DNA from: Macrostomum lignano | Taxonomy: Eukaryota | NCBI GenBank assembly: GCA_002269645.1 | Contig: NIVC01001957.1 | Location: forward strand, 62,001-126,000 | Direction of reading: 5' to 3' | Length of the DNA stretch: 64,000 nt | In this document: piece after piece, positions 10,758 through 23,045 of the stretch | How positions within the stretch are numbered: the first letter of the stretch is position 1 | Layout of the letters: each line of letters starts with the position of its first letter | Translations under genes and position numbers: made by a program | The notes under the pieces: model-generated | Database searches by the model: none | Seen by the model: the letters and a program-made list of their open reading frames with translations, nothing else | What the model was told of the DNA's origin: nothing

Positions 10758-11670
10758 TGCTTGAGAAAATTAAAAGCTATAGTAGAAATGAAGAGCTCCA
10801 ACAATCTATTTACTTACTAAGGTTCTCGCTTGTTCTGTTGCTTGAGCTCTATAGCAGCAGGTTTCAAATAAATTCGTGACTATATATATTGTATTATCGT
10901 TGTAATTCTATTTTTAATGACATTCACGTGTCTCATTCTGACCTCTGACACGTGCGTGAGCGTGCGTGTGCGTGAGCTCTCTGCTGGGTCTGACCATACC
11001 ACTAGCTTCTTTAAACGTGTAACTCTCTCTTAACCTATCCACACGATGACATTGTCAAGCAAATTCGCTGCATTGAAGCTCGCAACACACGAGATTAATT
11101 AAAGCTCACAGTTCGGACCCTACAACTAGGTAATACTTTGAATGGGGGTAGAGCTCTTATCAAGCTTCTGAGCAGCTAGTACCCCAGTTCCAACAAGCAA
11201 TGCCCCACAGAGTTTTCAATTGCGTTTGTATTCTTTGTTCTTTCAAACTGTTGTTAGCAAATGTGGGTTCCAACCTTCTCCGATCTTTTAAGATGCGAGT
11301 GCAGGTATAGTCAGTTTTATTCTGCGAAATTCTGCGAGTTTTATTCTGTTAGAAATTTTATTCTGCGAAATAAATCGACCGCTACTTTTTAAGGCGGTCA
11401 AGAAATTAAAGAGTTGCTCTGGGAATGTAAAATTTGCATGAGAGTCCTAAATATTTTTTTGTTTTCAACCTAGCTTAAATGTACTCATTTGTCATTTTCC
11501 TGTTCTTTGGTGGAGTTTACATATGTATATCATCTATTTTTAACCCCATGATTCAAAGCGACCGAAAATTTCAATGAATTATGAGCTAACCACCTAGTCT
11601 TTGTATGCGTTTATGAATAAAGACTGACTTCAAGGGGGTAAACGGCAGAGTAGATCGTATTTGTGACTGG

Positions 11671-12455
11671 TAGGCCGTCGCCACCGGGGGCACAGCGGAG
11701 ACACCCCCCCCCCCAGTAAAAGCTCTGGGGGGGACTGGCTGGGGGGGGGAGATGCCAATGCTTTGTCCTCTACCCCACCTTGTGAGTCGTGGTAATCAAT
11801 AATTTTTCTTCAGGACGCCAAAATATAGCGACTTCGGCGCTAAAATGAGTGCCTGCGGCGCTAAAATGAGTGCCTGCGATGCTAAAATGAGTGCCTGCGG
11901 CGCTAAAATGAGTGCCTGCGGTGCTAAAATGAGTGCCTGCGGTGCTAAAATGAGTGCCTGCGATGCCAAAATGAGTGCCTGTGGCGCCAAAAGGAGTGCC
12001 TGCGGCGCTAAAATGAGTGCCTGCGATGCCAAAAGGAGTGCCTGCGGTGCTAAAATGAGTGCCTGCGGTGCTAAAATGAGTGCCTGTGGCGCTAAAATGA
12101 GTGCCTGCGGCGCTAAAATGAGTGCCTGCGATGCCAAAATGAGTGCCTGCGGCGCCAAAAGGAGTGCCTGCGGTGCTAAAATGAGTGCCTGCGGTGCTAA
12201 AATAAGTGCCTGTGGCGCTAAAATGAGTGCCTGCGGCGCTAAAATGAGTGCCTGCGATGCCAAAATGAGTGCCTGCGGCGCCAAAAGGAGTGCCTGCGGC
12301 GCTAAAATGAGTGCCTGCGGCGCCAAAATGAGTGCCTGCGGCGCCAAAAGGAGTGCCTGCGGCGCCAAAATGAGTGTCAAAATTTAGTCTTGTACATGTA
12401 CATGTTGAATTCTTGGCTTTGTCCCCCCACCATAAAATCCATGGCGACGCCCCTG
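11671..12455. mobile_element. Non-autonomous hAT-like element carrying an internal minisatellite
   Basis: Imperfect TIRs TAGGCCGTCGCCA / TGGCGACGCCCCTG. Flanking 8-bp TSD GTGACTGG (11663-11670) / GTGACTAG (12456-12463), 7 of 8 matching. Confidence 0.65.
11835..12376. repeat. 21-bp minisatellite (GCTAAAATGAGTGCCTGCGGC), ~26 copies
   Basis: Directly visible; it yields the spurious MSACGAK and LILAPQA ORFs. Confidence 0.95.
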
Positions 12456-13730
12456 GTGACTAGTGTTCGTTTCAGATCGCATCACAGACAGATGAAACAG
12501 AAGTTTTTGAGGTTTAAAACTTTATATTTTTATTTACAAAGTTACCAGACAGTTGAAAGCCGACTGCTGATGTGGGAGCGACCATCGACCGAGCATTCTG
12601 ACCTCTGATGTACAGTGGAAGCTCTGTACTGTGTACGGCTCTTCCGTGTAGAACGCACGATATTAAAGTTAGCTACCAACAGGGTTTGAAATCACTCTAT
12701 ATATACTGTTAGGAGTCCTCATTTAATCTTAAATCACGAATTAGCTGATGTGTTGCTTAACAATAAATATTTTAGCAGTGACATTAAACTTACAATGTAT
12801 AACAAGTTGATAATTTAATTCTCAATCTCAAACTACTTAATTTATCCAGATTGGGAGTAATTATTGTCCACAGAGGACTAAGTACTCTTCGATTTCGGCT
12901 TGAAGCTTATAGTAGAAACAAAATAATGACTTCTTTGGTGCTTCGCATCATTACTTACCTGTTGTTGCTTTAAAATTCACTTTAGCCGTTGAACTTGAGA
13001 CCAATAACCAGTTCAGTCAAATCTTACTAATCAGTACGGTAACCATTGGTTCCTAGTTACAACTACTTTTGGGACACCCCTTGTGTATTAATAATTTTAA
13101 AGGAATCACGTTATAATTACCAAAAGTTAATACACTCAGCAACAGGTTGCCCACTGATTTCGTGATGGAAACTCTAACGTATGCTGCTCAGTGTACGGTT
13201 GTACGTTTGTTTTGGAACAGGCAAGCTTTCACAAGTATTCAAGGTGATCAAATCAGAGTTTATTATTTTCTATAGCAACAGCAGTTTTTTCGTCTTCTTT
13301 CTGAGTTTCTGTTCAAATTCGTAATTCATAATACAATGGGTAGGCTAATTGCTTGTTATAGCTGATTTACAAAAAAATATTAGACACCAAGTTGTAGGAT
13401 AGTTTTCGTTCCTAATTACACCGTTCGTTTGGTATGAGTCATGCATCCGTGTAGATCAAAATTGACCTGTACAGTGCAATGTGATACGTTTGTAGTTGGC
13501 TATAAAGTGTTGAGAATTCCTACAGGGGGTAGGATTTACGTCGAAAAGCTGTGCATTAATTATGAGTACGTGCTCATTCTTCTTGTTGGTGTGGTCCGAC
13601 CTATGCTATTAGAGAACGCTTTGAGGGTGTGTACAAATTCAGTACGCAGCTTTGCCGCTAGAACAGGCAGTAAAGGAACATATTAAGCCCACTATTGAAT
13701 GCAGAATGCTCTGAAAAAAGGCGCGAAAGT

Positions 13731-15194
13731 ATGAAGCACGACATTTTGCATTCGATGTCCATCTGCAAGGCCATACTAAAAGCCATTCAACAGAATCAAA
13801 TTAGCCATCTGAAAAACCTTCTGCCTATGTTAAGCCCTCGGCAGCTGCAGAAGTGTCGCAATGATTTCAATAATCGCACGCCGTTACACGAAGCAGCTCT
13901 ACTAGGCAACAGTGAAGCCGTCAAGGAGCTGCTTGAACTGTTTCAACGCGATGGAATCAACAGAGCCTTCGCGTTGAACGCCCGCGACAAGGACGGAGCC
14001 ACTCCACTGTACCTTGCAGCTCTGAGAGGCCAGCTAACTCCGGCCAAACTGTTGCTGAAGTCTGGCGCAATCGTGGACTTGTCAAATCGAGATGGTCGAA
14101 CTCCGCTACACGCAGCATGCGAGAAAAACAAAGCCGATCTGGTTAGTGAACTCTTGAAGTCCGGCGGAGCTACAGTCAGTGCGGTGGATGATCGACAGTC
14201 TACCCCGCTGCACGTCGCAGCCCACTGGGGCTTCCCGGAGCCAGTGCGCATCTTACTCAAAACAGAAGACATCGACGTCAACATTCGCAATCTACTAGGA
14301 TGGGTCAGTTTTGATTGAGTTTCCATAACTTGCAGGTACCTGATACCTTATCTTAAAGTATTTTAAACATTTCAGGCACCGATTCACGCCGCAGCCCGTC
14401 GCGGTCACGAGTCGGTGGTCTCGCAACTGGCCAAGAAGTCCATTTGCACCAATTTGGACCTGCAGGATACCAAGGGCTGGTCACCGTTGCATCACGCGGC
14501 AGACAGCGGTCATGGCAACGCTGCTAAGGCGCTGATAGAAGCTGGAGCCACTGTAAATCTTCGCGATAGCGTTCAGGGAGTTACGCCGCTTCATTACGCA
14601 TCGCACCGCGGCCATTTAGGTTTTGTACGCTTGCTACTTGAGCATGGCGCCTCCCAATCTATAATGTCCAACGACGGCTGGACGCCGCTTCACGTTGCCT
14701 GTCGGCTTCGCCGACTAGACGTTGTTAAAGTCCTATTGGCCCAGACTGACGCTCCGGTGCAGGCCAAAGCTCGCCGTGGCTGGACGCCGTTGCACGCCGC
14801 GGCTTGGACTGGAGACGCCGAAATCGTGCGTTGCCTGCTGAAAGCCGGAGCGATGGTCGCTCCACCTCTGGCAGACAGCTGGACGCCGCTTCACCTGGCG
14901 GCAATGTGCGGACGCGCGGAAGCGCTCGGTATACTGCTGTCGGAAGGGGCAGATCCTTTGCAAATAGAGCATCGTCATCAGCTGACGTCTCTAGACGTAG
15001 CTGTCCTGTTTCAGCACATGGATTGCGCGCAACGACTTGTTAAACATTGCTTCGACTTTCCCAGCAGCTACATGGCACCCTTATTGAAATGTTTTCAAGA
15101 AGCAGACGATTACCCGTCAAATAACGGCGACCCAATAGGCAGAATATCTCAACCAAAGCAACGCACATCCGATTCTGGCACCAAAGTCAAGTAA
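13731..15194 (+). CDS. Ankyrin-repeat protein (about 11-12 repeats); probably the 5' half of a longer ANK-Mab-21 gene
   Basis: Exons 13731-14303 and 14376-15190/15194 splice in frame. Repeated TPLH/SPLH...G motifs. The apparent stop TAA (15192-15194) lies inside a donor-like GTAAGA starting at 15191. Confidence 0.9.
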
Positions 15195-16591
15195 GAGCAA
15201 TGTTTAGAATTGTGTATAGTAGATGTGTGACGAATACCGAAATAACAAAGCCAAGGCAAAGGCAAGAATGATTTGGGAAGTTAACGCTAAATGTGACTAT
15301 GTGAACTTCCAGCGATCGTAGGGCGGTAGCACTTAAAGCCTAAACAACTCAGGTTAATGCAATTTGAGTTCTAATGAGAATTCAATAATTAGAAGTTGAT
15401 TCCAACTTCTAACGAGCTAATTCAATGTTTATAGCTCGTATAGTTGCAAAACTTAAATGGTAAAACAAATGTCAGCCAATTTCCTACGCTACTCTTACAA
15501 ACCTTTCTTAAGCAGCGTGAGAAGATGTTAATATTACACTTTAATAGATGTCCCGAATGATTACAGAAAGTGATTAACCCAAATGGAATAACGACCGAAG
15601 TGACACCGTCACACATGTACATATCTTGATACAAGATTTCAACGCTCGTATCTTATCAAATGCGTTGACGCACTTAATTGTTTATGTGTATTTACAACTT
15701 CTTTTCTATCTAGCCACGCTGGGATAAACTACAGGAATCACTTCAATAATAAATTTTATTCTGCATCCAAAATTCTACTTTACAAAGCGGTCTTCACCTT
15801 CACAAAGCTCTGGTCGAGTCTGGATTCGTTCATGGTCGAGCCTCGCTACAAGCTGCCGTGGCCGATCACTTGCAAGGACTCATAAGTAACTACTAAGGTA
15901 TTCAAATAATGAATTGTCGAAGCGGTTGCATCTGTGCGGCAGCTTTGCTGAAGGCTGGGGCAGCTCAGTTTGTCGTCTTGGTGGTCGAGTGGACGAAGAC
16001 TCGGATATCGACATATCTGAATACGTGGACGATCGGTTGTATAATTTATCGGGAAAGTGCCAATGCAACAGTGATGTCGGTGTGAAGAGAATTAACAAAT
16101 TAGCTGCTGAAACTAGCGACGAAAGGGCTGATGAGTTGGCGGCGAACACTGAAAATGAGAATAAGACCATTCTTACGTACGAAAAGGGGCACGTTTGGTT
16201 TTCTGGCTACGGTGAGTTGCTCTATAATTTTCTGAACTAAAGTTCAGCTTGTACTTTTGAATGCTTAAACCAACATTAACAGCAAGTATATACATTATTA
16301 AAAACCTTAGAATAAATGTCAATTATCATTGCAGCGGCTCATCCGGCACGCACCCAATACGGCTGTCTGGGGCGTCCCGCCATGGACATGGCTCTGATGT
16401 ACAGCTGTTGCGCCTATCCCAAAGTAGACATTTTTGAATCGCCAGGCTACCTATCTCCCCAGCTGCTTAAACAACTCAGAGAAGCGACAGAGCTGTCCAA
16501 CGCTTGTCCACTTGTTGGCGCATCCCTACCGGATATGGAAGGCTAGCAGTTGCGGATCAGCACTAAATGGTTGGAACTGTTGTTAGTACGC

Positions 16592-19007
16592 CCCGCAATC
16601 TTATGCGGGCCTCTATCCAGCTGGGATACGTTCCCAAAAGCTGGACTGAAGCTCGAGTAGTCTTTATTCCCAAACCTGGGAAGGGTGACTACCAAAGCGT
16701 CAAGGCCTTCCGGCCAATTAGCTTAACGTCAGCAATGCTTAAGCTCACTGAGAGGCTTATTCTCTGGCGGCTGCTCTCCTGCGAGCTGACAGCGATGCCC
16801 CTCAGCAATAATCAGCACGCCTTCCGTACCGGGAGGTCGACTGACAGCGCCCTGCATGCGATTGTCGAAAAGATTGAACGGGCGGTACTGGGTGACGGTT
16901 ACGCCCTGGCTCTCTTTCTTGACATTGTTGGCGCCTTCGACAACGTTATCTTTGAAGCGTTTCAGAGGGCCCTTCAAAATCGCAAAGCTCATGCTACCCT
17001 CATACGGTGGATCATGTACATGATCTCCAACCGTACGGTCACTGCCCAACTTCTTGGGCAAACTGCCTCCACCAGAGTCTGTAAGGGTGGACCCCAAGGC
17101 GGAGTCCTCACCCCGACGCTCTGGAACCTGGTCATGGACGCTCTTCTGAGTGACTCCCGACCTGACCCCGTCTTCAAAGTCGGGTATGCTGATGACGTCA
17201 CGGCCATTGTGGCAGGACCGTCTCCCAGCACGCTCAGGGATCTGATGCAGAGCTTTATCCGCAAAGCAGAATCCTGGGCCAATGACAATGGTTTGGAACT
17301 CTCTGAGCCCAAAACCGTTGCCATTATGTTTACCAGCAGACTACGCTGGAACATACGTCCTCTGCAGCTCTACGGCAGAGATATTGCCTTCGCGCACCAG
17401 ACCAGATGTCTCGGGGTCACACTTGACCACCGGCTCAACTGGTCCTTCCACGTGAAAGCAAAAGCTAAGCGTGCCTCAGCCATCCTGGCCCAGCTCCGAC
17501 GAGCACTTGGCACTTCTTGGGGTCTATCCCCAAAGCGGCTTTGGTGGATCTATACTTCCGTAGTTAGACCTGCCATTACGTACGCCTCTGTTGTCTGGGT
17601 TAGCGCTACCCAGGTCAAAAGCCATGCAGACCTGCTCAACACGATCCAAGGCAGAGCGTGTAGGCTCATCTGCAACGCCACCAGGTCCACGCCCTTTGCT
17701 GGCATGGGGGCCTTTCTTAATCTTCCGCCTCTTGACCTCTTCATCAGGGGTGAGGCGGCTAGAACGACGCGGCGTCTAATTGATGCCGGCGTCAAATTCA
17801 TTTACATGAGAGCACCTGCTAAGCGGAACCTTGTCCCGCATAGCGATCTGTGCCTCAACTTTCTCAACGAGTGTCAGGCCAATCGCGTCTTCACCGATGG
17901 CATTGCCTCAACGCTCAACCTGAGACAGCGCTACTCCGTAGCTATCGACTCGCGCGATAACATCAATGACCATTGGAACCCTGGTGAGCTTCATTGCTAC
18001 ACCGACGGTTCTAAGCAGTCAGCCAACACCGGCTTTGGTGTTGGAATCTTTCTGAACGGGAGGGTCATCGCTACCCACGCTCAATACACTGGGGTCAACT
18101 CCAGTGTTTTCCAAAATGAAGTTCTGGCCATCAGCTCCTGCACTGCAGAGCTTCTCGCCACTGGCGTTACTGGTAAGAACATCATTTTCCATTCGGACAG
18201 CCAAGCTGCCTTGCACGCCATCAGTGGCTGCAGCACCAACTCTGCTACAGTCCTTGACTGTATCAAACTCCTCAATGTGTTGGGTTCCGCCAACAAAATT
18301 ACCCTTAAGTGGGTTCCGGGGCATGTGGGGATCCGAGGAAATGAGTTGGCTGACACCCTTGCAAAAGTTGGTGCCTCCGGCTCCTCTCTCGGCCCCGAAC
18401 CTCTTGTCCCGATTCCTGGCTGTGTCATCGACTCGCGCATCAAAGCGTGGATCAGGACTCAGCACCGCTCGACTTGGGCGAACCGCACGAACTGCAGGCA
18501 ATCCAGAGGCGCTGTCCCTCAGCCCTCTCACCAGCTCCGGAAGCTCCTCTTGCGCCTCTCGCGCAGAGACATCCGGGCTGCCACCATGACCCTCTCTGGT
18601 CACGGCTGCTTCTCCAGGCACCAGTACCTGCAGGGCAACGCCACCAACGCCACCTGTAGTTTCTGCAACTCAGGTGACGAAACCGCTGAGCATTTCGTCA
18701 GCATCTGTCCCGCCTTCACGCGGGCCAGACTCACTTACCTCGGGCCACACACATCTATTACTGAAGCGTGCAAACCCGAAAACTTTAATCAGCTCATGCG
18801 CTACCTTCGGGCCACCCGCAGGGCTGAACTCTCCTTTCCAGAGAGCACCATAGCTGCTGGCGACACTGGGGGACCTCCCTGGGCGGCGCCAACCCTCCGT
18901 CCATAGCGACGCGTCGGCCGTTCAGGGACTAGCGGAATGGGCGCCCGCGCCTTCCCGCTGTGTCCCCTCCGGGACAGCCCTGCAGCTAAGTCAAAGTAAG
19001 TCAAGAA
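16592..19007 (+). mobile_element. 5'-truncated non-LTR retrotransposon (LOA/R1-type, RT + RNase H + Zn knuckle), young
   Basis: Uninterrupted ORF to 18906 with LDIVGAFD, PQGGVLTP, YADD, YTDGSK, SDSQAAL, WVPGHVGIRGNELAD and CSFC...EHFVSIC. Perfect 13-bp TSD GTTGTTAGTACGC at 16579-16591 and 19008-19020. AAGTC-like tail. Confidence 0.95.
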
Positions 19008-20107
19008 GTTGTTAGTACGCAGCTTTACCGATGTACAGGTAAAAAATTAGAGTACATGTTCTGTCTAACAGTGCATTCTTCTAGAGTTATATTCTCTAAA
19101 TTCCTGAAAATAGGCAGTTAATCTCTGTTTTTTTATGCAGGGTCAACTGTACACAATTCTGAAGTACCTATTCAAACGGGTCATCAACAAACGTGGTGGA
19201 CAATTAAAATCATTCCACGCCAAGACTCTCGCATTTCGCATGTTGCGGGAGACATCGCCGGACCAATGGCGACCGGAACGACTTCCGGAACTGACGGCTG
19301 AGGCGTTGGACAAGCTAGCTGAGGACCTGCGACGTACTGGTCCTGGAATCGGCATGCACAGTTTCTTCTTCAACGATTCGCCACTGTACCTGAAGCGGTC
19401 GAACAATTTACCGAGCAGCGCAGATGACAAGCGACCTACTCTGAGAGCGGTTTTAGATGTCAGGAATAGCCTTGACCAAGTTCTCACTGAGTTTTTAGGT
19501 CACTTGCAGCCGCTGAGGCCCAACGCGGCACTAGATTATCATCCGTTTATGCTGCTACCTCGCAGTAAGCAGATTAAACAGATTCTCTGCTCTAAGGACT
19601 CCGCCCGACAGAAGCCGCCACAATCTAAGCCTACCGCCCAGCCGAAGTACCACGAGCTGCACGAGCGTGTTCTTCGTGCTCGCCGCGTGCGGCCTCGCCG
19701 CCCTGGCCTATATGCGATTCAATCAGCCAGGCGAGGCGCTGCAGCAACTGTCTCAGTTGCTTCTATCTGGTCATCGGCCGCTGCGTGGCATTCCTCTGCA
19801 CTACAGCAGCTTTAGCATGCACAGCGAATCGTCTGTGCAGCACTGTCTGCTAAAAAATGACTCGGCGTGGCGGTTCTGCTTTGTCCAGGTGATTAATTTC
19901 AAGCAAAATTTTAGTTGTCATTCAGTGTACCAATTATTGTTGAGAGCTTAAGTAGTCACGAATTAATCTTGAAATAGGTTTTTACATGTACGTTTAAGAG
20001 GGAAAGCTACATACTTTCAACATGCTTTATTGACATGTCATTATTGAGATTAGGCCATAAAATGTTCAAGGCTATTTTTCGAGCTAGAGCAAATGTTTCA
20101 TCTTACA

Positions 20108-20560
20108 TAGCTGCAGGGGCTACGCTCGTATGAGCAGCGGGGTGGTTGACGCCTATTCCGCCAACCCCTGCATGGTGACAACTTGAAGCTGGTGCTGTGG
20201 TGTCGCGCGGGGAGATCCGGTAGTGCCTGTGTCCGCAGTGCGTCTCAAGGACTTTAGTCGTCCTTGGTGCGTCTACCACCGAAATACCCTTACGTAGCGG
20301 ACGAGTTGGCAGAAATTCTTTGATCTGAACGCGTCGGAGAGATCCGGTTTTGGGCCGAGGTAATGGAAGGGCATTCACAGAAGAATTGGGCTCGACATTC
20401 GCAACACCGGAGAGGTGAAAAGGGCATTCCTCATTACTCACTAAGGATTTTCCCTGGAGGTAGCGATGTCTAGCGAAGCAGCAATGGCCTGGTGACCGCC
20501 ATGGTGACCGCCCTGCTGTCCCAGCGGTTCAGTCCAAGCAGGGCCTTACAGAGTGGTTCG
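20108..20560 (-). mobile_element. Degenerate 3' fragment of a related LINE (intronic)
   Basis: The minus strand matches the 22.4-23.0 kb copy (GAGGAATGCCC...CTCTCCGGTGT; TTACCTCGGCCCAAAACC..CTCTCCGACG), i.e. the Zn-knuckle/LGP region. Confidence 0.65.
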
Positions 20561-21076
20561 CTGTAGTACAGTGAGTTGATGTACTATTTAGTGTTGATGC
20601 TCAACACCATCAAAACCAATATTTCATCACAGGAAGCACCGCACGCCCTGCCGTTCCGATTTGACTTTTTGCCAACTGGCGTCATCCAGTTTCCGAGGCG
20701 TCTGCTCCGGTACGACGACTTCTACGCTGCAAACTTCGACGCTCTAGCCAAGAGTCTCTATCTTCAGCTGCTGAGCGACTGTGGTCTGTCCGAAGTGCCG
20801 GACGAAAATCAAGAGAAACGCATTCGCGGCTGGTTCACGGACATGCTGGACGCTGAGATGGACGCTAGCGAGATTGACTTGTTAATTGAGCATTGCAAGG
20901 CGCGAGAGGATCGTGAAGATCTGCTTGTCCGATTGGTTATCGAGCACAAGGATACTCTGGTGCAGTCTAGAACTGTGCACTGCAAACTGGCTGGCGTGAT
21001 AAGTACATCGGTAAGAAACCTAACGATGCATACTGTTTTTCTCAATTACATGTAGTTTCACGTGTCACATATCACC

Positions 21077-21627
21077 GCCTCTGGTGCTGGCGCCTCTGGT
21101 GCTGGCGCCTCTAATGCTGGCGCCTCTGGTGCTGGCGCCTCTGGTGCTGGCGCCTCTGGTGCTGGCGCCTCTGGTGCTGGCGCCTCTGGTGCTGGCGCCT
21201 CTGGTGCTGGCGCCTCTGGTGCTGGCGCCTCTGGTGCTGGCGCCTCTGGTGCTGGCGCCTCTGGTGCTGGCGCCTCTGGTGCTGGCGCCTCTGGTGCTGG
21301 CGCCTCTGGTGCTGGCGCCTCTGGTGCTGGCGCCTCTGGTGCTGGCGCCTCTGGTGCTGGCGCCTCTGGTGCTGGCGCCTCTGGTGCTGGCGCCTCTGGT
21401 GCTGGCGCCTCTGGTGCTGGCGCCTCTGGTGCTGGCGCCTCTGGTGCTGGCGCCTCTGGTGCTGGCGCCTCTGGTGCTGGCGCCTCTGGTGCTGGCGCCT
21501 CTGGTGCTGGCGCCTCTGGTGCTAAAGCCTCTGGTGCTAAAGCCTCTGGTGCTGGCGCCTCTGGTGCTGGCGCCTCTGGTGCTGGCGCCTCTGGTGCTGG
21601 CGCCTCTGGTGCTGGCGCCTCTGGTGC
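21077..21627. repeat. 15-bp minisatellite GCCTCTGGTGCTGGC, ~36 copies, in the last intron of the cGLR model
   Basis: Directly visible, between the donor at 21011 and the acceptor at 21658. Confidence 0.97.
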
Positions 21628-22359
21628 AATGCATTTTAGTTACATGTACATTGTACAGGGATCAGCGTTGGCGTAATATACATGTACGTAAAAGCAAGTA
21701 AAAAAATTTTCTCGCATCCATGCAGTCAAGTCTGAAGCGCAAACTTAAGTGCAAATTTCTGGAACAATTCAACCTGCAAGACGAATAAATCCTTCCGCGC
21801 TGATGCATGCACCTTGGAGATAAACTGAAATTTCTTAATTTCTATATGTACTGTATGCTTACATTTTAAGTGATGTCTATGTATTTAAGTGCGCGCTTTA
21901 AAGTACGTTCACATTTACATGTAGATATACTAGTATTAGTAAAACTATTCTGGTCGCTTATGATGGTTCCTGTGCGTACTGAATACTGTACAAGTTCCAT
22001 ATTCTTTTTATTCTCTATTTACATTCGTAAAATGTATCTGATGACGTCACGATCTGATTGTAAAGGGTAAACTCTTGTGTAATTCGTTGTTTTTTCTAAT
22101 TATTTTCAGTGTTAAAAGTCTCAATTAGTATTATTATTATACTTTTATACTGCATAAAATATATATATTCAACCAGCCCTAACCGCTGTACAAATCGTTA
22201 AGTGCGAATTGGTGTTTATCTTACGTTTATGTACATGTATGCACGTGCGTGTATTGAAATGAAAACAAAGTCCTAGGCGTCCAAAAGAAAGGATTTAAAT
22301 ACTACTCATGTACATTCTTTAAACGTAAGTTAAGTTCTCTACACTTCAAGTCACGTATA

Positions 22360-23045
22360 CAACATTCTTGCTGGCCGACCGCTTGGCCAAGACTGGCTCG
22401 ACCGGATTACTAATTGCCCTACGGCCGGTGAATTCAAGGCACCGGGAGATCAGGTGGGCTAACGCCCCCGACTGCCGGCAATCCTGTCCTCTGTCCCCTG
22501 CCATTCCCCCGCCCTTCGCAGGGCCCTTGCTTGGTCTCAACCACAGGGACATTAAGGGCGGTGACTGGCCCATGGCCCACCTCTCGGGTCATGGCTATTT
22601 TGCCCGGTATCGCCACCTCTAGGGACAAATATGTAGCGAAGAATGCCCATTCTGCCTCTCCGGTGTCGAGAATGCGGAACACTTCGTCTGTGAATGCTCG
22701 CCTTTACTCAGGACAGGTCTGCACTTACCTCGGCCCAAAACCAGACCTCTCCGACGTTAAAAATTTCAGGCTAGAGAATCTCTCTGCCTAATGGCTGCAT
22801 GAAGCTCGTCTGATCTCAAAGCTTACAGAGGGCGAGCGACCATGCATCCAACCCTTCTGCACTGGAACTACTCTCCAGGACGATCGCGGCACGTCACCTG
22901 CACCACCGGATTTACATCTCCCTGCGCGACACCGCAGCACTATGCGGTATTAATTGGTGGCAACGCGCGCCTCCGATCGCTGCATCCTGCTCGGAAACCC
23001 CCTGTTATGTAATTAATTGAGTCAATTGTCAATGTAAGTCAACAA
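22360..23045 (+). mobile_element. Degenerate 3' fragment of a LOA/R1-type LINE
   Basis: Translates, with stops and shifts, to LADRLAKTGS, LSGHGYFARYRHL, EECPFCLSGVENAEHFVCEC and YLGPKP, paralleling the 3' end of the 16.6-19.0 kb element. The tail is similar. Confidence 0.75.

Larger units (their letters stand above)
15788..21676 (+). pseudogene. Mab-21/cGAS-like (cGLR) nucleotidyltransferase with helical C-terminus, disrupted
   Basis: Exons 15788-16211, 16335-16591 [LINE] 19021-19038, 19141-19888, 20633-21010, 21659-21676. Motifs GSFAEGWG...DSDID...DMA, LRISTKWLELLLVRSF, YTILKYLFK, LKSFHAKT. Lesions: frameshift ~15888, TAG at 16544, LINE insertion, frameshift ~19665. Confidence 0.8.

Noticed and set aside
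11310-11385. Repeated TTTTATTCTGCGAAAT motif as a transposon end
   Set aside because: No matching opposite end or TSD was found.
20520-20545. CTTGGACTGAAC shared by the LINE fragment (minus strand) and the SINE 3' domain, suggesting a SINE-LINE pair
   Set aside because: Only ~12 bp match, and the site is in the LINE coding region (LLGLN), not its 3' tail.
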